DNA from: Campylobacterota bacterium
GTDB lineage: Bacteria; Campylobacterota; Campylobacteria; Campylobacterales; Sulfurimonadaceae
Direction of reading: 5' to 3'
DNA length: 10,860 bases
Assembly (NCBI GenBank): GCA_034717975.1
Contig: JAYEMF010000065.1
Coordinates: 4,996 to 15,855 of the forward strand
Positions 1 through 8,935 of the stretch are shown piece after piece. The translations under genes and the position numbers were made by a program. Position 1 is the stretch's first letter. Each line of letters opens with the position of its first letter. The notes beneath the pieces were generated by a model, which saw nothing but the letters and a program-made list of their open reading frames with translations, was not told where the DNA came from and ran no database searches.

Positions 1-1
1 A

Positions 2-928
2 TTAATCATACTCAACCTGCATCTGGGCACCGGTCATCGGTTTTGCATCAAATGCGTTGGCTTTTCCCCAGAAGGAGATGATCTTTTGCAGCAGTTTGGC
101 AGCAAATACCTGGGAGACATTGGTGGGTTCGGGTACGAGTTCTAGAATATCCACACCGATGATCTCCACTTTTGGATTGAAAAAGAGTGCTTCGAACGTG
201 TCCAGTGCAAAATACCAGTCCAGGCCGCCGGGCTGCGGTGTACCGACACCGGGAACCAAAGCAGGATTGAAAGCATCCATATCGATACTTAGCCAGACGG
301 GACCTTCGAGTGATGCCACACTCTGCATGAATTTGGCGCGATTTTCGCTCCGTTGCAGCATACGGTCGCAAAAGCAGGTGATGTCGTCGTCGGTGGCGAT
401 GCGTTCCGCCTCTTTTTCAAAGATGGAGCGGATGCCGGCCATCAGGATTTTATGTCCCTGATTGCGAAGATGGTTGACAGGGCAGGCGTGGCTGTAGGGG
501 TTTCCTTCGTAATGTTCACGAAGATCGGCATGGGCATCCAGAAAGAGGATCGTCCCACGCTCTTTCATCCGCTCGGCAGTCAGCAGCGGGGTGATGGAGT
601 GCTCGCCGCCGATCCCTACAAAGAGTTTATCGCTTGAGATGGGAAGTGATGCTACAACTTTTTGTACTTTGGCATTGTAAGACTCGGTGCTTTCCCCCTC
701 CTCTTTGGAGATCTCTTCTTGAACGGAGATCTGCATATGCTTCATCGGACACCACTGCTGGTCCTCCTCATAAAACTCCAGCTGATCGGTGGCATCAAGG
801 AGGGCGCGAGGCCCTTCACTGGTACCGCCTTTGGCCGAGACGGTCTCTTCGTAAGCGACCGGCAGTACGATGATGTCGGCTTCATCCGCAGATACGTTTG
901 GAAGGGAGAGATAATGATACTGAGACAT
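2..928 (-). CDS. speB: Agmatinase (ureohydrolase/arginase family)
   Basis: 308-aa ORF with ureohydrolase Mn-binding motifs GGEHSIT, DAHADLR, SHAC and SIDMDAFNP...PGVGTPQPGG. N-terminal PVAYEETVS..GT..GP is typical of agmatinases. Exact substrate is inferred from family. Confidence 0.85.
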   Translation of the reverse strand: MSQYHYLSLPNVSADEADIIVLPVAYEETVSAKGGTSEGPRALLDATDQLEFYEEDQQWCPMKHMQISVQEEISKEEGESTESYNAKVQKVVASLPISSDKLFVGIGGEHSITPLLTAERMKERGTILFLDAHADLREHYEGNPYSHACPVNHLRNQGHKILMAGIRSIFEKEAERIATDDDITCFCDRMLQRSENRAKFMQSVASLEGPVWLSIDMDAFNPALVPGVGTPQPGGLDWYFALDTFEALFFNPKVEIIGVDILELVPEPTNVSQVFAAKLLQKIISFWGKANAFDAKPMTGAQMQVEYD

Positions 929-933
929 GCTCT

Positions 934-2229
934 TTATCCTCGGTTCTGAAAATTTTCGATGACGTTATAGATGGCTGAGGTGAGCTGTTTAAGTTCATCA
1001 GGCCGGATGACAAACGGTGGCATAATGTAGACCAGATTCAAAAACGGACGGATCCAGACACCCTCGCGAATAAACTCAGGGGTCATCCATGCCATATCGA
1101 CATTTTTATGCAGTTCAACGACACCGATGGCACCGAGTACACGGACCTCTTTGACAATCTCAAGGGTTTCACATGCTTCCAGATTGGAACGAAGTTGCGT
1201 CTCAATCGCTCTGACACGCTCCTGCCATGGTGAATCTAGCAGGAGTTGAAGACTTCTCTCGGCAACGCTGCAAGCCAGAGGATTTCCCATAAAGGTAGGC
1301 CCGTGCATCAGAATATTGTTGTTTGATTCGACCCCTTTAACCACTTTCTCATTGGTGATAGTCGCCGCCAGTGACATATAGCCGCCGGTCAACGCCTTGC
1401 CGACACATAAAATGTCCGGTACAACGCCGGCATGCTCATAGGCAAAGAGTCTGCCCGTCCGTCCAAATCCCGTGGCTACTTCATCAAAGATCAGCAGAAG
1501 GTCATACTCGTCGCAGAGTGCTTTGACCTGACGAAGATACTCAGGCGAATAGATACGCATCCCGCCGGCTCCCTGAACGATCGGTTCGAGGATAACGGCA
1601 GCGATCTCTTCATGGTGGGTTTCAATGCTTGCTTTGATATCAGTAATGTACGCATCGTTCCATTCATCATTAAAACCGCACTGTGGTGCTTCAGTAAAAA
1701 GATTTTGATGCAGGATATCGTTGAAGATACCATGCATGCCCGTAAGCGGATCGCAGACGGACATGGCACCAAAGGTATCGCCGTGATACCCTTTTTTCAG
1801 GCTGAGAAGCTTTGTTTTTCTGCTGTTGCCGCGGCCATGCCAGTATTGAAATGCCATCTTGATAGCAACCTCGACAGAGACAGAGCCGGAGTCGGAGAAG
1901 AAAACATACTGCAGTGAGTCGTCGGTGATTTCAACCAGTCTCTTTGCGAGAGAGATGGCCGGTTCATGAGTCAAACCGCCGAACATGACATGGGACATGT
2001 TTCCCAGTTGTGAAGTGACGGCTTCATTGAGTTCCGGGACATTATAGCCGTGGATAACCGACCACCAGGAGGACATCCCGTCTATCAGTTTTGTACCGTC
2101 TTCAAGTTCAATATAGACACCATCTGCAGATTTGACAAGCTGCATCTTGGAAGGGTGCTGCATACTGGAGTAGGGGTGCCAGATATGTTCTCTGTCGAAG
2201 TCGATCAGTTCGTTTTTGTGGTTATCCAA
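934..2229 (-). CDS. bioA: Adenosylmethionine-8-amino-7-oxononanoate aminotransferase (DAPA synthase), class III PLP aminotransferase
   Basis: 431-aa ORF with TTG start. BioA signatures: HIWHPY, DGMSSWW, HVMFGG, DSGSVSVEVAIKMA, GYHGDT, EPIVQGAGGM, FDEVATGFGRTG, PLP lysine in VGKALTGG, HGPTFMGNPLAC and C-terminal IRP..YIMPP. Confidence 0.95.
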   Translation of the reverse strand: MDNHKNELIDFDREHIWHPYSSMQHPSKMQLVKSADGVYIELEDGTKLIDGMSSWWSVIHGYNVPELNEAVTSQLGNMSHVMFGGLTHEPAISLAKRLVEITDDSLQYVFFSDSGSVSVEVAIKMAFQYWHGRGNSRKTKLLSLKKGYHGDTFGAMSVCDPLTGMHGIFNDILHQNLFTEAPQCGFNDEWNDAYITDIKASIETHHEEIAAVILEPIVQGAGGMRIYSPEYLRQVKALCDEYDLLLIFDEVATGFGRTGRLFAYEHAGVVPDILCVGKALTGGYMSLAATITNEKVVKGVESNNNILMHGPTFMGNPLACSVAERSLQLLLDSPWQERVRAIETQLRSNLEACETLEIVKEVRVLGAIGVVELHKNVDMAWMTPEFIREGVWIRPFLNLVYIMPPFVIRPDELKQLTSAIYNVIENFQNRG

Positions 2230-2280
2230 AGTGTTTCCAGAGTCAAATATTTATGTTTGATATTATATCTGAATTCAAAC

Positions 2281-2348
2281 TGTCACTCCTGCGAAGGCAG
2301 GAGTCTAAGCCGCTATTATTTTAGATTTCTGCTTTCGCAGGAATGACA
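2281..2348. repeat. REP-like doublet palindrome (two inverted GTCA-hairpin units)
   Basis: Left arm TGTCACTCCTGCGAAGGCAGGAGTCTAA (2281-2308) and right arm TTAGATTTCTGCTTTCGCAGGAATGACA (2321-2348) match at 24/28 as inverted repeats. Each arm contains its own hairpin (ACTCCTGC-GAAG-GCAGGAGT). Confidence 0.8.
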
Positions 2349-2395
2349 ATAAAAAAGAGTTTTAAACGACGATAAACTGCAATAACAGCAGCAGA

Positions 2396-3424
2396 TCAGG
2401 GCTTGAGATCGATAGCTATACCCAGAACGTTCGAGAGACCCTCTTTTTCAATCAGCTTTTGCAGTTTTTTGGAGGCATTATTGATAGCGACATCCATGCC
2501 CTGGGTTGCCTGGCCGGTAAGGTTGAGTTTGTTGCCGCCGATGATCTTGCCCTGATGGTTTCTGACCTCTATCACCAAGGCGATTCTGGCAATATCGAAG
2601 CCTCGTGAACGGGCCGTTTCAATGGATGAAGCCAACGAAACGGCAAGGCTGTTCTGATCGCTTTGCGATGGTCTGACAACACGCATCTTGTTATCGGTAA
2701 GGGCAACGCTGATCACTTCTGCAAATTTTCGGGTATCGCTGTCGCCTTCAACCGAGAAAGCCAGTTGTGCCTTGAGCGTTTCAAAGGCCTTGCTGATCTT
2801 TGCACTCTGCTTCAGGTAGGGGGAGTCATCAAAAGTTTTATCTACCGTGCTCAGTATCAGCAGGGTGGAAAAAGTTTCATTCAATCTGTTAGATGCATCT
2901 GCGTAAAAACGGTAGCGGCTGAGCAGGTCGCTTGATGCCATGAGTCTCTCTTGTGACGTGATTTTTCCATAGGTGAGTTCCAGCTCTTTGAGCAGACCGT
3001 TCATGAAGCTCTGCTTATCGGAACGTACAAGCGCAATAAAGTGGTTATAGCTTCGTTTGTCACTCTTTATGACTTCATAGTTGCTGATACGGATCTTGGC
3101 GATTTCACTTTTCAGTTCGCTTGTCGTTGATTTTTTCAGATACTCCCGGTAGCCCTTGCTGACCTCAGTTGCTGATTCAAAACGTGACGCGATGGAGATA
3201 CCAAGCTGAGCGACCATACTTTCAAGTGCATGTTTTTTAGCCTCATCCAGATTTTTCCCATCACCCACACCGTAGAGATAAGCATCTGAATTCAGCGGTG
3301 GTGTCAGATACCACTCTGGCAGCGGTTTTTTCTGTGTGACTACAGGTGCCGGTTTGGAACCTCCACAGGCACTCAGGCTAATGAGCATAATGGCAAAGAG
3401 AATGCCGGTAAAAAGTGCTTTCAT
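2396..3424 (-). CDS. LPP20-family-like lipoprotein
   Basis: 342 aa with signal peptide and lipobox LSA-C20. PEWY..P....YLYGVG.G....EAKK.AL..M..Q..I.I.S pattern is characteristic of LPP20-type domains. Start overlaps the upstream stop codon (ATGA, 3421-3424). Confidence 0.7.
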   Translation of the reverse strand: MKALFTGILFAIMLISLSACGGSKPAPVVTQKKPLPEWYLTPPLNSDAYLYGVGDGKNLDEAKKHALESMVAQLGISIASRFESATEVSKGYREYLKKSTTSELKSEIAKIRISNYEVIKSDKRSYNHFIALVRSDKQSFMNGLLKELELTYGKITSQERLMASSDLLSRYRFYADASNRLNETFSTLLILSTVDKTFDDSPYLKQSAKISKAFETLKAQLAFSVEGDSDTRKFAEVISVALTDNKMRVVRPSQSDQNSLAVSLASSIETARSRGFDIARIALVIEVRNHQGKIIGGNKLNLTGQATQGMDVAINNASKKLQKLIEKEGLSNVLGIAIDLKP

Positions 3425-4419
3425 TGGGCAATCTGCTTTCGTGCCTGTTCATCATCGGTGATCGAGTTTTTGATACGCAACATCGCAGTATCGATCTCTT
3501 CAACCGGTTCAATGGTCAGCGAGTCGGCAAGCCCATACAGCTGATGCGCTTCATTCAGTTCACCGTTGATCTCTTTTACGACACCGAGGTTATAGGCAGC
3601 GACATAACTGCGTTCGAGCGTCTCATCTAGCAGACGGCTTAAAAGCTTCTCGGCCTTGTCATAACGCTGACGTTCAATGTAGAGAAGGGCATTTTCCAGC
3701 AGTGACTCTTGCAGATCGCTGTAGTCGATGTCCGGCTCTTCGAGTAAAATGACATTGAAGGTGACATAAGAGGGTGTTAACTGCTGGGCAAAGATGGCGG
3801 CTATGCCGGATGCCAGGTATTCAAGCCCCTGTGTTTTGGATGGCAAGCTCTTGCTGTCATCCGAGCAGTGATTCCACTCTCTGGACTTTTTAAAGGTGTC
3901 ACTGTAGATAATATCGCCTTTTGCAATATCGACCATTTTGATCTGTGCTGCCAGAGTAATGACACGTTTGGTGCAGCCAACAGTGTACTCCTGAATTTCT
4001 TTACACTTTTTATCGAGACACTTGTAGCGTTTTTCACGATAGTGGGTGTCTGATGAAGCGGCATTGCTGATCGTACCGCTGATCAGTGCCTGAGCGCCCA
4101 GCAGATTGCCCACTTCCACGGATGTGGATTCATCAAGCAGACCGGAGTTCTGCAGTCGCTGCTCCTGAAGAATTTTATCAATATCGTTGCGGCTGATCAT
4201 TGTAAAATAGGTTTTGCCATCGAGCCGCTTTGAAGCAAGTTCCGACTCGATCTTGCCGGACAAGCCGACACGGTCACGCTGGAAGGGGCTGACGGCGATC
4301 GTCTTGGTCTGTGCCGCACGGTCAACTTTAGCCGGCTGCAGGGCATGCACTTTGACCTTCTGGGAACAGCCTGTAAAGAGTAGCATAGTACCCAGTGTCA
4401 GCAGTAGGGGTATTCTCAT
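3421..4419 (-). CDS. CsgG/HfaB-like lipoprotein with C-terminal TPR-like helices
   Basis: 332 aa with lipobox FTG-C18. CsgG-like core (IAVSPF, FTMISRNDIDKILQEQRLQNSGLLDEST...GNLLGAQALISGTI, IKMVDIAKGDII) and a TPR-like end (YDKAEKLL..AAYNLGVVKE..G...EA..LY). Confidence 0.7.
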   Translation of the reverse strand: MRIPLLLTLGTMLLFTGCSQKVKVHALQPAKVDRAAQTKTIAVSPFQRDRVGLSGKIESELASKRLDGKTYFTMISRNDIDKILQEQRLQNSGLLDESTSVEVGNLLGAQALISGTISNAASSDTHYREKRYKCLDKKCKEIQEYTVGCTKRVITLAAQIKMVDIAKGDIIYSDTFKKSREWNHCSDDSKSLPSKTQGLEYLASGIAAIFAQQLTPSYVTFNVILLEEPDIDYSDLQESLLENALLYIERQRYDKAEKLLSRLLDETLERSYVAAYNLGVVKEINGELNEAHQLYGLADSLTIEPVEEIDTAMLRIKNSITDDEQARKQIAQ

Positions 4420-4571
4420 CGTGTTATCCTTTCAGTCATCCAGGTTTTGCAGTAGAATTTTTGATAGTGTTACCTTATCTAAAACTACTATAATTTTTTC
4501 ATTGGTGCTTAGAGATGCCCAAAAGCCTTTCTGTGACTTATTATGGTTTTATATCATGTTTAGGTGTTTAC

Positions 4572-4624
4572 TGGTATAACTTTAATGATTACTTGAATAC
4601 GGGCTTGGGAGTCTGTAGTATAAT
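4572..4624 (+). promoter_or_regulatory. Candidate sigma70-type -10 elements upstream of wza
   Basis: TG-G-TATAAC (extended -10-like) at 4572-4580 and TATAAT at 4619-4624 in the 250-bp divergent intergenic region. No properly spaced -35 found. Confidence 0.3.
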
Positions 4625-4669
4625 ATCTGTACAGGTCTGTAATCAGAAGAAGCTGAAAAGGGGAAACAG

Positions 4670-5497
4670 ATGATTAAACATATAAGTTTGGTATTGATTT
4701 TTTTGGGTTTACTGATGAGCGGATGTGCGAACAAAGATTTTCGCATGTTTGAAGAGGACTCTCAGTCAGAAAGCGGTGATTCTGAAGCCGTCAAAACAGT
4801 GAGCGATGAAGAGTACCAGCAGGAGCTCGAGTATGAGTGGAAGATCGTTAAAGGCGACCGGGTTGAAATCGCTGTATTCAACCAGTCCTCAGCTTCAGGA
4901 GGCGGACAACTCGAATCGATTATCGACACATCCAGACAGACACAGTTTAATAACAGAGACGGTACGGAAGGGCTTCTTATCCCGACTAACGGTAAAATTC
5001 ATCTTCCGATGCTTGGCCATATCAAGCTTGCCGGTCTGACCGAGATTGAGGCGGGTGATAAGCTGACAGATGAGTACAAAAAATTTCTACGTAACCCTTA
5101 TGTAGTGGTTAAGATCCAGAACCAGCGCCTTTTCGTACTGGGTGAAGTCAACAGACCCGGTGTCGTACAGGTCACAGCCGGGAACATGACTATTTTTGAA
5201 GCACTGGCACAAAGCGGTGATGTTACCGATGACGCGATGCGCACCAATATACGTATTATCAGAGGGGACCTTCGCAACCCTACCATGCGTGAAGTTGACC
5301 TGACCGATATGGGTGCAATGAGGGTTTCAAGCCTGATGCTAAGACCAAACGATATCGTCTACGTCCAGCCTAGAAGTATGAAAGCCTACAATAAAGCGTT
5401 CGACGAACAGGTGCCGTTCTTTAACATGATCAACACTATGCTGGCTCCGTTTGTATCAATTACCTATATTAAAGATGGCTATAAAATACATTGGTAA
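4670..5497 (+). CDS. wza: Polysaccharide export outer-membrane lipoprotein (Wza/OPX family)
   Basis: 275 aa with lipobox MSG-C19. Poly_export motif (GDRVEIAVF...NGKIHLPMLGHIKLAGLT..EA...L......LRNPYVVV) and SLBB domain (FVLGEVNRPG...TIFEALAQSG...LRPNDIVYVQP). Directly upstream of wzc. Confidence 0.9.
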   Translation: MIKHISLVLIFLGLLMSGCANKDFRMFEEDSQSESGDSEAVKTVSDEEYQQELEYEWKIVKGDRVEIAVFNQSSASGGGQLESIIDTSRQTQFNNRDGTEGLLIPTNGKIHLPMLGHIKLAGLTEIEAGDKLTDEYKKFLRNPYVVVKIQNQRLFVLGEVNRPGVVQVTAGNMTIFEALAQSGDVTDDAMRTNIRIIRGDLRNPTMREVDLTDMGAMRVSSLMLRPNDIVYVQPRSMKAYNKAFDEQVPFFNMINTMLAPFVSITYIKDGYKIHW

Positions 5498-5536
5498 GTG
5501 CTCAGTCAGGTCAATACTCCTGACCCGATTTTCCAT

Positions 5537-5564
5537 AGAATACTTCTCAATAGAGAAGTATTCT
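5537..5564. other. Perfect 12-bp stem-loop in the wza-wzc spacer (possible terminator/attenuator or mRNA stabiliser)
   Basis: AGAATACTTCTC-AATA-GAGAAGTATTCT. A smaller hairpin GTCAGG-N8-CCTGAC lies at 5505-5524. No clear U-tract on the + strand. Confidence 0.55.
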
Positions 5565-5608
5565 GATATTAGAATAAAAAATTTCAACTTATGTAAAGAT
5601 ATTATTAT

Positions 5609-7963
5609 ATGAACAGTTCTCAAGACAATACCCAGAGAGATGAAGACGAAATCGATATCAGAGAGATTTTGACGATTCTAAAGCGCTATAAGCTCTCCAT
5701 TGTTTTAATTACACTCTCTATTACTCTGATCAGTGGTATGGTAGCGTATTTTTCGCCTGATATCTATCGTGCAAGCACCACATTTTCAATCAGCTCCGAT
5801 GAAGGGCGCTACGGTGGGCAGAAAGATATCCTGACTATGGCAGCCGGCCCTTCCGGAAGTAGCAGTGAGAATGATATTGCAATGCTACAGTCATCATTCC
5901 TTGCCGAAAAAGCTCTGAAAAACCTGAACCTGGGTACACGATACTTCACGAAAGAACGTTACAAAACCCATGAACTCTATAAATCATCACCCTTTGTAGT
6001 TGCTACCCGCTACCTCTCTCCAAAAGCAGCAGGGGTCAAGTTTCAACTTGCTCCTGTAAATGAAGATACGTTCTGGTTGACTATCGAACCTTCCAAAAAG
6101 ACAAAAATCTTCAATTTTGTTCAATCTTTTTTTACCCCTATTCCAGATTCTGAACAGCCACTCAGCTACAAAGAGATGCACTCCTTTGATGCACCGATCT
6201 CTACACCATGGTTCGAGATTGAAGTCAAAAGGGTCCACAAACTCCAGGATCAACCCTACTTCTTTACCATTGTCCCCAACGCATCGATGACCGGTTATAT
6301 CGGTTCTGGACTTTCTGTCTTCCCGGCAAGCGAAGAGGGTATGATTGTACAAATTGATTATGAAGATACGGTAGCACTCCGTGCCAAAGAAACTCTCGAT
6401 GCGATCCTTCACGCCTATGAGGAAGAGAATCTACTGCAAAAAACCCAGAGTGCTTCAAAAAAACTCAATTTTATTGATGAGCAGCTTAAAGGCATAAGTT
6501 CTGCTTTGAAATCATCATCCAGGGAGCTGCGTCAATACAAATCCAAACGAGTCGGAGTTCCACTAAATCAAAAAACAGCCATTGCCGCTGAAAAAATCAC
6601 TGCATACCAAACGGAGATAGATGAACTCAATATTCAGATCGAACTTTTTGAAAATACCCTAACCTTCATCGAATTAGGCAATGATCTGAAAAATGTCAAC
6701 CTCGGCAATACAATAGACACCGAACCTATCAACCTGATGATAAATCAAATTATTGAAGGTGATGATGAACAGAGCATTCTATTACTTGACTTTACGGAAC
6801 TGCACCCGGATGTTATCCGCATAACAGAAAAACTGCGTAAGCTCAAAGAACGACTGATTCAAACAGTTAAAAGTACCCTTGATCGTTTCAAAAAAAGACG
6901 TAAAGCAATTACCTTACTTCTTGAAAAAGAGCAAAAAAACCTCGAAAGCCTGCCGCAGCAGCAAGAAGATCTGGGCAGTTTAAGCCGGGGATTTATGGTT
7001 AACGAGAATATCTACTCCTATCTTTTGCAGAAGCGGGCAGAAACCGCCGTTGTTGAGGCATCCAAGATCTCAACGATCCAGATGATTGAACCATCTTACT
7101 ATCCTGCGCTTCCGGTTAAACCAAAACGTCTCTTTATGATTATTGTTGGCTTTATTCTCGGCTTGATTGTCGGAATTGGTACGGCATTTATCCGGGCATA
7201 TTCCATCACAACCGTCCAGACCGTCGAAGATATTGAAAAATTGACTTCAATCCCAATTTACGGTGCATTGCCGCTCTTACCTGCACGCAAACACAAGCAT
7301 CTCTATCTCGAAGCGCTGCGCGTGTTACGGACCAACCTTGAGTTCTTAGACAATAAAGGAAAATCGAGGCTCATCACCTTCACTTCTTCTGTCCCAACTG
7401 AAGGGAAAACAACCACCATTTCCGAACTTGGAAAGATACTGGCAAAGGGGCATAAAAAGGTTATCATCCTCGATCTGGATCTAAGACGTTCCAGACTCCA
7501 TGAAAAATTTTCACTTGAAAATACAGCAGGTATGAGTACCCTTTTAGCACATCGACATGATCTAAAAGCAGTCCTTCAGCATACTGATCACAATAATCTG
7601 CATGTCATTACAAGTGGTCCAACTCCGCCAAATCCCTCTGAGCTGATCATGTCCAATTCACTCGATGAACTGATAACTGCACTGCTCAAGGCGTATGACT
7701 ATGTCTTGCTTGATACACCGCCGATCGGTTTTGTAGCTGATGCTATGATCACTATGCACAAGTCGGATATCAACATAATCGTCTTACGTGCCGGTTATTC
7801 CAAAAAAGCGTACATTGAGAATATCAACAAATTTGTGAAACAGCATGATCTCAATGCAGGCTTTGTTCTAAACGGGATGAAAATGGAGAGCTCTTCAGGG
7901 TATGGTTATGGCTACGGATCCGACTACGGCTATGCGAACACTTACTATAATAAAAGGACCTGA
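5609..7963 (+). CDS. wzc: Polysaccharide co-polymerase / BY tyrosine autokinase (Wzc/GumC family)
   Basis: 784 aa with N-terminal DEIDI..I + TM1, a long coiled-coil periplasmic region, PVKPK + TM2, EALRVLRTNL, Walker A SSVPTEGKTT, A' IILDLDLRR, Walker B LLDTPP and a C-terminal cluster of 7 Tyr (YGYGYGSDYGYANTYY). Confidence 0.95.
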   Translation: MNSSQDNTQRDEDEIDIREILTILKRYKLSIVLITLSITLISGMVAYFSPDIYRASTTFSISSDEGRYGGQKDILTMAAGPSGSSSENDIAMLQSSFLAEKALKNLNLGTRYFTKERYKTHELYKSSPFVVATRYLSPKAAGVKFQLAPVNEDTFWLTIEPSKKTKIFNFVQSFFTPIPDSEQPLSYKEMHSFDAPISTPWFEIEVKRVHKLQDQPYFFTIVPNASMTGYIGSGLSVFPASEEGMIVQIDYEDTVALRAKETLDAILHAYEEENLLQKTQSASKKLNFIDEQLKGISSALKSSSRELRQYKSKRVGVPLNQKTAIAAEKITAYQTEIDELNIQIELFENTLTFIELGNDLKNVNLGNTIDTEPINLMINQIIEGDDEQSILLLDFTELHPDVIRITEKLRKLKERLIQTVKSTLDRFKKRRKAITLLLEKEQKNLESLPQQQEDLGSLSRGFMVNENIYSYLLQKRAETAVVEASKISTIQMIEPSYYPALPVKPKRLFMIIVGFILGLIVGIGTAFIRAYSITTVQTVEDIEKLTSIPIYGALPLLPARKHKHLYLEALRVLRTNLEFLDNKGKSRLITFTSSVPTEGKTTTISELGKILAKGHKKVIILDLDLRRSRLHEKFSLENTAGMSTLLAHRHDLKAVLQHTDHNNLHVITSGPTPPNPSELIMSNSLDELITALLKAYDYVLLDTPPIGFVADAMITMHKSDINIIVLRAGYSKKAYIENINKFVKQHDLNAGFVLNGMKMESSSGYGYGYGSDYGYANTYYNKRT

Positions 7964-7991
7964 GGCCTGAGATCAGTATCACCTTGAGCAT

Positions 7992-8759
7992 TTAAAGCGA
8001 GTTGTTGAGGATGGTATTATGAGTAAAAATGTTCTGGTAATCCATACTTTTAAAAACTTCAGTCATTCGCTCAAGATGACGTACTTTGTGTGTATCGCTC
8101 CCAATAAAATCAACCATACCTCGTGATATCAGTTCATTGACTGTATTCCTGGCTCCTTCACCATAATATCCGCCCAGGGAGTTGATGTTCATCTGAAATA
8201 AAACACCCAGGCTCTTGATCTTTTCATAACCGGTTATATTACCCTGCATAAAGAGGTATCGTTCCGGATGTGCCAAAACCGGCTGATAGCCCAAGGATTT
8301 CATTTTATATATCCCCTCTTCAAAACCGACAGGCCGGAGCCCATACGACATCTCAAACAAAAGGTGCTTATTGCCGAATGTTAAAATGTCACGAGACTCT
8401 AAAAGCTCTATGAAATGGGGATCAAAATAGTATTCTGCCGCTACTTCGATCTTTATATCGATCCGCCTGCGCTTGAGCTCTTTTTGTAATTTATATAGGG
8501 CTATTTTGATGTCCCGAGAAGTGTTGGGGTAGCGATGGCTCATAATATGAGGTGTCGTAATGAGCTTTTTATACCCTAAAAGTTTTAAGCGCCATATCAT
8601 CGCTATGGAATCTTCTATTGTGGCAGCCCCATCATCGATGCCGGGGATAAGATGCGAATGCAGATCAACCTCTAGTTGTGTCTTGTGCTCGGTAGGGAAC
8701 ATCTCATCAGCTGAATCATCGGTGATCTTGTCTATGATCTTCTTGAAAAAATTTCCCAA
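7992..8759 (-). CDS. CpsB/CapC-type PHP-family protein tyrosine phosphatase
   Basis: 255 aa with TTG start. Motifs DLHSHLIPGIDDG, ITTPH, AAEYY, VLAHPERY and FIGSDTH. Adjacent and convergent to wzc. Confidence 0.92.
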   Translation of the reverse strand: MGNFFKKIIDKITDDSADEMFPTEHKTQLEVDLHSHLIPGIDDGAATIEDSIAMIWRLKLLGYKKLITTPHIMSHRYPNTSRDIKIALYKLQKELKRRRIDIKIEVAAEYYFDPHFIELLESRDILTFGNKHLLFEMSYGLRPVGFEEGIYKMKSLGYQPVLAHPERYLFMQGNITGYEKIKSLGVLFQMNINSLGGYYGEGARNTVNELISRGMVDFIGSDTHKVRHLERMTEVFKSMDYQNIFTHNTILNNSL

Positions 8760-8935
8760 ACAGTTCCTCTGCTTTCCTTGGTAGCTTTAAACACCCTATA
8801 GTTAATGAACATGCAATAATATCATAACTGCTCTGCATTACCTGAAGAACTAATCCAAACATTATTTAATATTTAATCTTATTTTAATATAAAATATGAA
8901 ATACTTATGTTATATCATCTTAGAAGGAGGATATT

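Noticed and set aside
4420..4669. JUMPstart/ops (RfaH) element upstream of wza
   Set aside because: No GGCGGTAG-like sequence found in the intergenic region.
48..6458. Alternative-frame and antisense ORFs overlapping speB, bioA, the lipoproteins, wza and wzc (e.g. 57..461, 1432..1917, 4214..4579, 5987..6412)
   Set aside because: Shadow ORFs of well-supported genes, with no recognisable motifs.
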